This document shows positions 40,201 to 48,820 of a stretch of DNA of 64,000 nucleotides, in pieces. Origin of the DNA: a virus (taxonomy: Duplodnaviria; Caudoviricetes); the IMG/VR virus record IMGVR_UViG_3300027804_000001, positions 269,613 to 333,612 of that record, one strand, 5' to 3'. The notes below the pieces were generated by a model. It saw nothing but the letters and a program-made list of their open reading frames with translations. It did no database searches and had not been told where the DNA came from. The stretch's first letter is position 1; each line of letters opens with the position of its first letter. The translations under genes and the position numbers were made by a program.

Positions 40201-41986
40201 ATTCCCATTTTGCACTATTTTGTTCACTTACTTTTAAATCATATGGTGGGAACCACATAACACGACCACCGTTATTACCTCTTTCACAATATGGTAAATC
40301 ATTAACAGTAAATCCTTGTAGGTTGGAAGATTTCCAAGCTAAGTTCTCAATTGAAAACATGTATTTCTTAGCATAAAATCCATCACCCTTTGGTAGTATG
40401 TTTGTTGAACCATTGAAATCTCTACCTCCGTTTGATATTGGTGCAATATTTAAATTCCACGGTTTATCTAATATACTATCATCATATTTTCTAACGTTTT
40501 GTTGTCTTTTCATTGTATCTGAATAATTCAGATATGATCTATCCTTTGTCCAAACCCTACAATATTCAACACCACTTTCCGCACCGTACTTATCAACATA
40601 TTGTACCGCAGAACCTCTACTTATCATTACTCCACCCTCTCTAAAAATTCTACTTGTTTGGTCAATTACATTTGCAACATGTGAACGAGCATCACCACCA
40701 TTAGTCGGCATTGAATCAAGAATATCTTGAGTATAACCTAAAATAGATGTATCTCTAAATTCATATGATGTGGATGTTGAATCATCAAAATCAGATTTTT
40801 GATATTCCCATTCTTGGTTATTTACACCAAGTTTATTTCTTGAGTTTCTGCTAATCCAAGTTAATTTACCTGTTATACTTCCACCTTCTGAATAATTTCT
40901 TTTTCTTGTAAATAATTCTGTTTGAACAGGGTCAAACATTAAACTTAAATAATAGTTACTTCTTACAGGTCTATCATTAAAATCATTCATTGCATATTTT
41001 ACATCATTACCTCTATCGTCACCGATATATGCAACTCCTCTTGGTGCTTCGGTACCTAAAATATTTTTTACACCTTGTGCTATATTATCTACAAAATTGA
41101 AAATCTTAGATGAGTTTTGTGATCTTGCTGTTGTGGTATAATTTGGAGCATAGGTTGAATACGATAGTAAATCATACAATTGATTCTTTTGACCATCTCC
41201 CATGTATTCTATTAATAAATCAGATGGTTTTCTTGATAATTTTGGTCTTCTCTTTATACCCAATAATGATCCAAGTACTCCTGTTATATCTTGGAATACT
41301 TTACCAAATTCTGTATTAGGAACAGGTCTTGTACTTGTTGGATTTAATGGGTTGGTTAAATAATCACCAGGTATTTCCGAGAACGGAAACTCAACACCTG
41401 AAGCCACCTGTAAAAAATCAATTGCTTTACCCGGTAATGATTTTGCAACTGTGATATGGTAGTTTGGTGCCACAAGTGGTTCTCTACCTGTTATAATATT
41501 TGAAGCTGTTGCGGTATTTCCGTTTAATGCGTCTAATATTCTAACTCTACCATTTACTTCTCTTTCTATATTTTGTGAAATTCTCGAGTAAATAGGACCA
41601 TTTGTGGTCATCAAGTACTTACCTGCAAACTTCATTAACTCAGATTCCGTATCTAAGTTTTTCTGATTAAAAACACTAATTAAATTATGATTTTGTAGTT
41701 GGAAATATGGATATAGACTTAAATTGGCCTTTCTCGGTATTGTGTCTATATTTTCAGTTACACTAAATTCCGTTGGTTTATATACGTTATTACTTTGTGG
41801 AAATGTCAACATTTGTGTTCTATTGTCCACAAGTGTACCTGTGTCCAAATTAGCACTATCACTTAAACTTTGAATAGGATAGTTACCATTGGTAAATGTT
41901 TGAGGACCATTAGGTTGGTTCAAAGTCTTACCAATGATATAATCTCTAAATCTTTTGGTTGAATCAAAATCTAAGTATGTTGGCAT
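37265..41986 (-). CDS. Baseplate/tube-initiator-like protein with inserted OmpA-like domain, 1573 aa
   Basis: Tube-fold-like segments (YQNTERSGQISFKVVVD; PPPICVLRVGDFYHSKIIIRDVNITF) flanking IIVG...YNWKLSIRRTYS. Confidence 0.6.
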   Translation of the reverse strand: MPTYLDFDSTKRFRDYIIGKTLNQPNGPQTFTNGNYPIQSLSDSANLDTGTLVDNRTQMLTFPQSNNVYKPTEFSVTENIDTIPRKANLSLYPYFQLQNHNLISVFNQKNLDTESELMKFAGKYLMTTNGPIYSRISQNIEREVNGRVRILDALNGNTATASNIITGREPLVAPNYHITVAKSLPGKAIDFLQVASGVEFPFSEIPGDYLTNPLNPTSTRPVPNTEFGKVFQDITGVLGSLLGIKRRPKLSRKPSDLLIEYMGDGQKNQLYDLLSYSTYAPNYTTTARSQNSSKIFNFVDNIAQGVKNILGTEAPRGVAYIGDDRGNDVKYAMNDFNDRPVRSNYYLSLMFDPVQTELFTRKRNYSEGGSITGKLTWISRNSRNKLGVNNQEWEYQKSDFDDSTSTSYEFRDTSILGYTQDILDSMPTNGGDARSHVANVIDQTSRIFREGGVMISRGSAVQYVDKYGAESGVEYCRVWTKDRSYLNYSDTMKRQQNVRKYDDSILDKPWNLNIAPISNGGRDFNGSTNILPKGDGFYAKKYMFSIENLAWKSSNLQGFTVNDLPYCERGNNGGRVMWFPPYDLKVSEQNSAKWESNNFLGRPEPIYTYQNTERSGQISFKVVVDHPSILNLLVREHFKGMSDEESENYINSFFAGCEEIDFYDLIRRYATITPDDAKLITDFLNKKIDVTTIKKFKSVTTTDVVKKEPPVNKDLTKEEKLPSISLNFANDWPKKTEGEYKGTKYSDLYTRHIGSDTWTGETNSNLTSILNEILSGTTTYKTSNAINDKKVLYGKDIPTGETTNYITLTQNDLVKEVTEGRTDYSTYGTQLTTLKTDIEGGVVTDIIVGIISSCSALADNEYNWKLSIRRTYSILLDVLDRIKKDGTNVKSLLDSKWPSSFTGSKDSKTDIKLEITLKELGYTEFEGKLKLTTISAGEEFVNEKNKNCSEQNFKYVSGANSLRVSAPVAFGCRQSTFKLSYTKKQKQDPQKPTEDPNITSKLVPVEDNVFKPNKPPVDIMKRIIMKTLSECYYFQKLEENDPVVFKTLKDKLKYFHPAFHSTTPEGLNSRLTFLQQCIRPGDTIPVKGISDLADLNARNTSFGPPPICVLRVGDFYHSKIIIRDVNITFEENVWDLNPEGIGVQPMIANVSLQVNFIGGQGLSKPVERLQNALSSNFYANTEMYDERSIQSDGLKIGGMDAKDFTKQFLESLNVKDVKPEDSTNNNKGNELNEGEYCGTLKDKSLVYDKPLIEDIYKNTENYFDSYVSYYNITVKEYGPSISSMILHPNYRDIKTYEYYDGNNTTGTILLFGEYQKNRTLPFYVNLLKDKMLKTLSTSNLSQMLSLDDVLSVPKQNKANELLQPYFKSFIEAKMKSIVDDKKIDSLITVRNELIKNLDNLNFVVKHEYDAKISGTTATKAVLSGFTRDLLYEEYENCIDHITKNDSKLYDDLDTSINFNSPTVTTNTLSEFLSVLLKETDKTSFKDVFKVDTTIFDENTVQKIERKFNSFISNPIKDKKFKFKKLKKRKSEKELSYTFTEDVITDSNVITELKKLKSKNGVPVSGNKLNYYKP

Positions 41987-42031
41987 TATGTTCTTTTATC
42001 TATAAATAGATAATTTGTAAAAATATATCAA

Positions 42032-43912
42032 TTAAACAGTAGCGTAATCTCTTGGGTTTGTTGGGTCAATATTATTCTGAACAACAGTGGTACCTTGATT
42101 ACCATTTTTAATAATAACCGCAACATCTTTCATTATTCTTTCCATATCACTCGCTGAAACGGGGTTATTTTCTGTTGTTGATTTTTTTTCTTCCTCTTTT
42201 GGTTTATTATCAACATTTTTTGGTTTTTCAGGTGCTGCTTGAGCGGCACTTTTTACCTTTTCTTGTTCACTAAATTTGTTTCTTTCCGCATCCATTTGAC
42301 CCTTAATACTAAGGGTATCCGATTTACCTGAAATATAATCATCCAATGCTTTATTGGTTAATTTAATATACTCATCTGCCTTAGCACCAAAACCTCTATA
42401 TGTATTAGCAAATTCCACCTTTAACATGGCGGTAATTTCAGATAACAATAATGTTGATTTTTGAGTTTCTGTAAATTGATTTAATGCAATATCTTTCGTA
42501 TTTTGTTTTTCAAATAATGTCTGATTTTCTAATATTGCGTTTGCTGTTGCTTGGTCTAAATCTTCTAATGCTTGTGTTCTTTCTATACCAAGTTTTTCAG
42601 CAATAGATGGAGGTACTTCAATAACCATTTTACCACCCGCACCCATTCTCGCTAAGTTTGTAATAAATTCTTGTTGTTTTTCGTCTACAGTAATACCTGC
42701 GGTCATTAAATCTGCCGCTGCGGATGTTCTTTCGGCAGCAGCAATTGCACCTTTAGATAATTCTTGGTAACTTATACCTAATTCATTGGCCATTTGTTTT
42801 GCCCTTCTTAGGTTTACACCCGTAATTTCAAATCTTCCTTGTTCTGTATTATATGTTGCTAAAGATTTGGAGGCATCAATTAATGCATCTTGTAAACCTT
42901 CTACGTTATTTGTAGCCATATACATCATTTGGAATGGGTCACCCAATGCACCAACTGCACCACCTAAAACTTGTAAATTTGCAGCCAAATCAATTGCTTT
43001 TTCAGGGCTCATAACATCTTCCGCAATTTTAAATACGGAATCCATACTCATTCTAAATTCAGTTGCTTTACGAACCATTTCAGCTAAACCTTGAACACCA
43101 TTTTTAAAACCATATTCATTAATTTTTCCGAGATTCGCGGTCAACATTTCAGTTGTTTTTCTTGTATTAAGACCAAGTGTGAGTGCTGTTTTTCCTGCTT
43201 CATTAATATTCGTTAATGCCTTTTCCGCACCAACACCAATTAATTCAAAATTTCTAATAACTTCACCCATATTTTTTAAATCACCAACAAACGCTCTTGA
43301 CGTTTGGGACATGTCCTCTAGAAATTTTTCATTGTATGTAGTAAATCTTCCTGTTTGTTCTGTAAGTTCTATTGCCGTATCTGCCAGTTCATTGAATGAA
43401 TATCCCATTCCTTGAACTTTATCGTATGCATTAACGATGTTATCCCTATATCCTCTAGATAATTCACCCGCAATACCAATTTGACCATTTAATTTGTTTC
43501 TTAAGGATACCTCCTTCTCAACCATTTTAAAGGCTGCGTCCGCTAGTCCCGTTAATGAACTTGAAAAAATTTTACCGAATGCACCAGCAGCGTCTTTACT
43601 TTCATTAAAGGCTCTACCGACATTAGATAATGCATCTGTAATATCATTTGTACTAATTAGTTCTTGTGCAGCTTCACTACTGATTAAACCGGCTCCAGTT
43701 GTGTATCCTTGTACACTACCTATTTTACTTAATGTACCTTTAGAACCCGTTTCATTTGGTACAGTTTCCTTTATTGGCCATTTTTTATCAAGAAGTTTAT
43801 AAAACTTATCTGAATCAAGTTGATTACCACCTGTAACATTTGCATTAAAACTTGCAACAGCTGTTGATCTATTACTTGAACTGTTAATTATTGATTCTAT
43901 GGTATCTGCCAT
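42032..43912 (-). CDS. Tape measure protein
   Basis: Ala/Leu-rich helical 626 aa protein directly downstream of chaperone pair and upstream of baseplate hub genes. Confidence 0.7.
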   Translation of the reverse strand: MADTIESIINSSSNRSTAVASFNANVTGGNQLDSDKFYKLLDKKWPIKETVPNETGSKGTLSKIGSVQGYTTGAGLISSEAAQELISTNDITDALSNVGRAFNESKDAAGAFGKIFSSSLTGLADAAFKMVEKEVSLRNKLNGQIGIAGELSRGYRDNIVNAYDKVQGMGYSFNELADTAIELTEQTGRFTTYNEKFLEDMSQTSRAFVGDLKNMGEVIRNFELIGVGAEKALTNINEAGKTALTLGLNTRKTTEMLTANLGKINEYGFKNGVQGLAEMVRKATEFRMSMDSVFKIAEDVMSPEKAIDLAANLQVLGGAVGALGDPFQMMYMATNNVEGLQDALIDASKSLATYNTEQGRFEITGVNLRRAKQMANELGISYQELSKGAIAAAERTSAAADLMTAGITVDEKQQEFITNLARMGAGGKMVIEVPPSIAEKLGIERTQALEDLDQATANAILENQTLFEKQNTKDIALNQFTETQKSTLLLSEITAMLKVEFANTYRGFGAKADEYIKLTNKALDDYISGKSDTLSIKGQMDAERNKFSEQEKVKSAAQAAPEKPKNVDNKPKEEEKKSTTENNPVSASDMERIMKDVAVIIKNGNQGTTVVQNNIDPTNPRDYATV

Positions 43913-43923
43913 AACTATAAATA

Positions 43924-44076
43924 CTATTTAGAAGAGTTTTCCAACTCAACCATGTAATTGATGTAATATCTTCTTATATAGACAGGCATATTGAGAATAT
44001 CTCTATATGAGAATCCTCTTTTAACTAAGAATAAAATTTCGTCTAATTGACCTTTACTATAGTCCGTAGAAAGGGC
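43924..44076 (-). CDS. Tail/hub assembly chaperone C-terminal domain (gp51/GT-like), probably expressed by frameshift
   Basis: FSYRDILNMPVYIRRYYI resembles gp51/gpE'-type tails; no useful ATG start; overlaps end of upstream ORF in +1 frame. Confidence 0.65.
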   Translation of the reverse strand, partial: ALSTDYSKGQLDEILFLVKRGFSYRDILNMPVYIRRYYINYMVELENSSK

Positions 44077-44806
44077 GAAAAAACTCAACCCCGAATCCAA
44101 TTTCAACGTGGATTGTGTCTCCTGACGGGGTAGTTACTTTTTTCTTTAAATCTAATGAAGGTTTATTTTCTCTTACAAATTTTCTAAAATCTTGTGAATC
44201 TTTGATTGGTAAATTTTGTATAAAATTGTGAATGTTCATCATTTCTCTATTACCTGAAACCGATTTAATCATCATCTCAAGTTCTTTTGTTATAATTGGT
44301 GCTACACCATTCCCATTCCAACTTTTTTCTATTTCCTCTAATTCTTTTTGTTGTTTTCTTGTTAAGAATTTAAATGTAATATCTAATTTAGATTTTTCCA
44401 TAAAATATTTAAATTCACCATTTTCATTTGGAATTAGTTTAAATTCTTTAACACTAACTTCACTCAAATCTACTTTAGTACTAAAAGTTTGATTTGTTTT
44501 TGGGTCATTAACAAAAACATTAAATTCAGGACCAAACGCGGTATTTCTTAAAAATATTAATATTGCTTGTCTATCTTCTTCAATTAATTCGTCAATATTA
44601 ATGTCTTTATCTAAAACTTTTCTTTTTAACAATTCATCAACAACAGTATTTGATTGAATTAAGTTTTGTGCAGATAAAATATTTTCATCTGATGCAGTTA
44701 GGTATGCAACTCTAACTGATTTTTTTTGTGTTGTATAATAAATTCCTTTACTTGGTAATTCTACAACATCGTATGCAATTGTTGGGTCTATTGAAAATTG
44801 TTCCAT
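44057..44806 (-). CDS. Tail/baseplate hub assembly chaperone (T4 gp26-like)
   Basis: VELPSKG..Y, VAYLTASDENIL, IEEDRQAILIFLR, GFGVEFFRP; between tube and tape measure. Confidence 0.8.
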   Translation of the reverse strand: MEQFSIDPTIAYDVVELPSKGIYYTTQKKSVRVAYLTASDENILSAQNLIQSNTVVDELLKRKVLDKDINIDELIEEDRQAILIFLRNTAFGPEFNVFVNDPKTNQTFSTKVDLSEVSVKEFKLIPNENGEFKYFMEKSKLDITFKFLTRKQQKELEEIEKSWNGNGVAPIITKELEMMIKSVSGNREMMNIHNFIQNLPIKDSQDFRKFVRENKPSLDLKKKVTTPSGDTIHVEIGFGVEFFRPFYGL

Positions 44807-44852
44807 AATTAAAATATATTAAATAACTATATCAATGTAAAGTTTTTAAAAT

Positions 44853-44881
44853 AAAAAAAGGTATCCCTTTCGAGATACCTT
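44853..44881 (-). terminator. Rho-independent terminator after tail tube gene
   Basis: AAGGTATCTC-GAAA-GGGATACCTT plus T-tract. Confidence 0.88.
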
Positions 44882-44903
44882 CCTTGACAGATTTTTTATT
44901 ATG

Positions 44904-45392
44904 TTAATATACTTGAATACATCTATCCATTCTTAAAGAACAATCGATAGTTGCAATTGCATCGTTATTATAATCTAATTCATTGAAGTTCAAGTTTGTA
45001 ATAAAACAACCTTGTAATATCCATTTTTCAACCACAACTCCTGTTGGGTCTAACATTTCCAGTTCTACATCTTTCTTATAACCAGCAGCATATCCCATTC
45101 TACCTGTTACTGATTCGGCATGTAAACGGAACCACTCCATTAATGCTTGAGACGCTGAAGGTCCAATTGGGTCTTTAAATTTAACTCTCATCTCTTCCCA
45201 TGTAAATCTACCAGCTACATATGTTGATGTATTTAAAAACGGAATCTCAACTGAGTTAATTTTTGCACTAGGTCTCGCACCTGATGTTACATACCATTCA
45301 TTGATACCCAAAGATGATGGGAATCTAAAGATGAATCGGTTAACACGTTTCGGTTCATATGGAACCGGCATTTTCATTAATAAATCTGCCAT
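44904..45392 (-). CDS. Tail tube protein (T4 gp19-like)
   Basis: 162 aa; EPKRVNRF, YVAGRFTWEEM, YKKDVELEMLD...EKWILQGCF; downstream of sheath. Confidence 0.9.
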   Translation of the reverse strand: MADLLMKMPVPYEPKRVNRFIFRFPSSLGINEWYVTSGARPSAKINSVEIPFLNTSTYVAGRFTWEEMRVKFKDPIGPSASQALMEWFRLHAESVTGRMGYAAGYKKDVELEMLDPTGVVVEKWILQGCFITNLNFNELDYNNDAIATIDCSLRMDRCIQVY

Positions 45393-45610
45393 TTTGTATT
45401 TGTTAAGTTTTAGTTTATCTTTCTTATAAATATATTCAAATCGAGAAATATTTTATTTTACCAAATACTTGATTTTATCAAAAAAATATGTTAGTTTTTT
45501 ACTAGTCCCAGTATCCAGTTCTAGAATATTTCTTTATTATTTAATAAATACTAGCATATCTAGTTCCAGAATACTGGGTTGAGTATAAAAGTATAAAGAT
45601 TATAAAAAAT

Positions 45611-45635
45611 GGTTCCCCGTGGAACATGTGGAACA
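45611..45635. promoter_or_regulatory. parS-like 16-mer plus adjacent half-site
   Basis: GGTTCCCCGTGGAACA (14/16 to TGTTCCACGTGGAACA) followed by TGTGGAACA, intergenic. Confidence 0.4.
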
Positions 45636-45636
45636 A

Positions 45637-45666
45637 TAAAAAAGGGAATCCAATGGACTCCCTTTT
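45637..45666 (-). terminator. Terminator after sheath gene, potentially bidirectional
   Basis: AAAAGGGAGTCC-ATT-GGATTCCCTTTT with T-tracts on both strands. Confidence 0.85.
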
Positions 45667-45685
45667 ATTTTTACTTTTATTATTA

Positions 45686-48538
45686 TTAAATGTTATCAAA
45701 AGATGCTCCTGTTGGAGTGATAATGAACTCAACATCAATAAATTCAAGAGAACGAGTAGGTTTAATATAGATTTTACCTCTAAGTGTATTTGCATCTATA
45801 TCCTCTGGATCATTTGATACTGTTACACGGAAATCATATAAACCTCTTTCTTTCTTAATTGACTCAAGAATTGGGTTTACCAATCTCAAGAACTCATTTC
45901 TTACTTGCTCGTCGTTTTGTTCAAATAACAATCTTACAGAAACCGCAGATATTAACTTTCTTGCTCTTAACAACAATCTTCTTACGTTAATTCTGTCAAG
46001 TGCTGACTCTCTAACCTGTAGGGTTTTATTACCCCATATAATCGTACCAGTGTCAGAGAACGTTGCAATAGGGTTAATTCTGTTCTTATATAGGTCATCT
46101 CTTTCGTCAAGGGTAAGTTTCTTAAACGCTTTAATTGCGTTTACTAGACCTCTTGAGTAACCCGCCACCGCGAACCATGGATATGATACGTTATCGGTTA
46201 AAGCGATGTTTTTAACCACTTCACCTGTTGGTGGGATGTATAATTGGGTTGCATTGTCTCCGTCTCTTACCTGAATCCAAGGCCAGTATGTTGCGGAATA
46301 GTTAGTATCTAAAGCTACCATATCTAAGTCATCAATCACCTCCTCTGCTGTTGACACGTTTGGAGAGTTAATAACATATAATGAATCCGCTCTATCATTC
46401 TCAACCATATCTATCGCTTGAGTTACAAGTGAACTGTGGTTATAGAAATCTATACCAGGTGTTGCGAATACGTTTATATCAATTGCTTCAGGGTTTGCAA
46501 ATGTTTGAATACCTTGTAGATATGAATAATAATCAGAATTACCTACTGTAGAACTGAATACACCACCGTTTGTTGTGTGACCACTAACATATGTTGTTTT
46601 TCCGAAAATGTAACCATCTCCGTTAGTTCTTACATTTCTATAGATATCCCAACCATCAAATCCACCGAATACTGCAAATGTAAATTTACGATTATTAATA
46701 CTACTTAAACTACCCTTTTCTGTACCTTCTAAATCATATGGTGTCGTTTGATATGTAACACCTGTGATAGAAGATGCGTTTGTTGATAAGTGGAAACCAA
46801 AAGTTTCTGAAGTTGCACCAATACCTTTATACTTAAACAAATCTCTATCATAACCAACTTGAGATGATAAACCTAAAGAAACTTTTCTAACTTTATCACC
46901 GTTTGACAAAATAGGTGTACCGTTTGATTCATAAGAAACTACGTCACCGGCGGTATAATATTTTGTTTTGTAAAGGATACTACCTAAATCACTTGATCCT
47001 GAACCAAATGCCCCATTACTCTTGAATCCTTTGAAACCAGATGGGAAAGCGTCTGTTGGGTGATTGTCAGCCATAGATAACATAATGAACTTAGAACGTA
47101 ATTCGTATTCACCATCAGATGTACCCACTTTCTTTGCAACATAACCTGGTAAATCAGGATTCATGTTACATCTTGAAAACTTCTCAAGTACAACTATATT
47201 GTCATCAGTATCGTTGAAATCTCTCACGATTAAATCGAAATCACCACTATCTAAGTCGATGTTTTGAATTGTAATTTTAACTTGGAAGTTAGCAGCCTCA
47301 CCATCTGAAATTGTAATTACTTCAAATAAATCTGCAACTTCACCACCACGAACTTCAGATACAACCATTGGTGAAATTGTTGTATCCCATTGACCTACGA
47401 AATTATTACCGTCTGTCTCAACAACAACTGAAGTACTTAAACCTCTTATTAATCCATTATCATATGCTGCCTTTAAAAGGTTAGGATATGATTCATGAAC
47501 ATAAACAGGAAAATCTGACTTATCTTTATCAAATACGTCAGTACCCAAAACTTTAGTTATAAATTTAGTTGATCTTGAATCTAATGAACAAGTAAATGAT
47601 TTAGCACCACCTGTTTCACCTGTTACATTAAGAGTAAACTCATTTAATGGATTTAATTCAATATCTACACCAACAATCTCATCAATATCTACAGATGTAC
47701 TACCACTAACTTCTAATTGTAATGTCTGACCACTATATGAACCTCTTGATCTTAACGCTGCCACAACTATGTTGTCATAATCAGTGTTTAAAGATGCATC
47801 ATATGAATATCTTGTCACATCGAATACACTTGTACCACTATTCCACACAAACAGATATGAATAAACATCTGTTATTGAAAGTCCACTATTAAAGAACACG
47901 TTGTACCATTCTTTTTGGTGATTAGAAGTTTCATTATCAACACCTGTTAAAGGTGAAATAACCTCATCTGATGCGGTTAATGCTGAGATATCATCTGAAT
48001 CACACTTACCGATAACAAACCATTTTCCATCGTCTGAATTAGTAAAACCACTAAAATTTTCATTAATGTAATCTGTTATTGATGAACCGTCATGTGCTGT
48101 TTTACCTGAAAGTTCACCAAATATAGGGGAACCACTTGGGGTATCAGGATTCATTGTTACACCGCTTGTTGTAACTGATGTTAAATCTACAGTCACACCA
48201 CCTATTGTTTTTATACCATAAGTTTTTCCTGGTTTGTATCCAGTTAAACCCAATACTCTTGTTACGAATAATTGATTTGATTCTTCTAAATATGATTTAG
48301 CTACGTATGGTAATTCATACTTTGGATTACCGTTACCATCTTTCACTGGAGACGTTGGGCCAAAATATGTTCTAAACTCATCGAAGTTGCTAATTAAAAT
48401 TGGTTCAAATGCGGGTCCTTTTAGTGTTTCACCAACGAGACCTAATGTTGTTACACCTACACTTTGAGCCACAAATGTTAAATCTTTCTCTGATGTATAC
48501 ACACCCGGAGAAACGAAAACTCTGTTTGAACTTGCCAT
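45686..48538 (-). CDS. Tail sheath protein (T4 gp18-like)
   Basis: VSPGVYTSEKD N-terminus; YWPW, PWFAVAGYSRG, INPI, WGNKTLQ, DRINVRRLL, LFEQND C-terminal motifs. Confidence 0.97.
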   Translation of the reverse strand: MASSNRVFVSPGVYTSEKDLTFVAQSVGVTTLGLVGETLKGPAFEPILISNFDEFRTYFGPTSPVKDGNGNPKYELPYVAKSYLEESNQLFVTRVLGLTGYKPGKTYGIKTIGGVTVDLTSVTTSGVTMNPDTPSGSPIFGELSGKTAHDGSSITDYINENFSGFTNSDDGKWFVIGKCDSDDISALTASDEVISPLTGVDNETSNHQKEWYNVFFNSGLSITDVYSYLFVWNSGTSVFDVTRYSYDASLNTDYDNIVVAALRSRGSYSGQTLQLEVSGSTSVDIDEIVGVDIELNPLNEFTLNVTGETGGAKSFTCSLDSRSTKFITKVLGTDVFDKDKSDFPVYVHESYPNLLKAAYDNGLIRGLSTSVVVETDGNNFVGQWDTTISPMVVSEVRGGEVADLFEVITISDGEAANFQVKITIQNIDLDSGDFDLIVRDFNDTDDNIVVLEKFSRCNMNPDLPGYVAKKVGTSDGEYELRSKFIMLSMADNHPTDAFPSGFKGFKSNGAFGSGSSDLGSILYKTKYYTAGDVVSYESNGTPILSNGDKVRKVSLGLSSQVGYDRDLFKYKGIGATSETFGFHLSTNASSITGVTYQTTPYDLEGTEKGSLSSINNRKFTFAVFGGFDGWDIYRNVRTNGDGYIFGKTTYVSGHTTNGGVFSSTVGNSDYYSYLQGIQTFANPEAIDINVFATPGIDFYNHSSLVTQAIDMVENDRADSLYVINSPNVSTAEEVIDDLDMVALDTNYSATYWPWIQVRDGDNATQLYIPPTGEVVKNIALTDNVSYPWFAVAGYSRGLVNAIKAFKKLTLDERDDLYKNRINPIATFSDTGTIIWGNKTLQVRESALDRINVRRLLLRARKLISAVSVRLLFEQNDEQVRNEFLRLVNPILESIKKERGLYDFRVTVSNDPEDIDANTLRGKIYIKPTRSLEFIDVEFIITPTGASFDNI

Positions 48539-48633
48539 TGATTAATGTTTGGTTAAATAATTTATTACTTTACATTATAAATATCTTTGTTTTTATGAAA
48601 GATTTCCCTAATTTTTTTAAAATAGATATTTAT

Positions 48634-48662
48634 TTATCTTAAATTATCTTAAATTATCTTTA
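48634..48662 (+). repeat. Three 10-bp direct repeats TTATCTTAAA (candidate operator)
   Basis: TTATCTTAAA TTATCTTAAA TTATCTTTA abutting the ATG at 48665. Confidence 0.7.
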
Positions 48663-48664
48663 CT

Positions 48665-48820
48665 ATGGAAAACAAGACCAAAAACGTTAAAATAAGTGAA
48701 AAACACCACGAAATACTTAAAAAGTATTGTGATGATAAGGGTATAAAAATTTACAAAGTTTTGGAGAAATTAATAGAAGAAAATTGTAAACCCAAGAAAA
48801 GAGATATCTATGGTGAGTAA
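48665..48820 (+). CDS. Ribbon-helix-helix DNA-binding protein, 51 aa (not in ORF track)
   Basis: MENKTKNVKISEKHHEILKKYCDDKGIKIYKVLEKLIEENCKPKKRDIYGE: beta-strand, helix, Gly turn, helix; fills the gap exactly. Confidence 0.75.
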   Translation: MENKTKNVKISEKHHEILKKYCDDKGIKIYKVLEKLIEENCKPKKRDIYGE

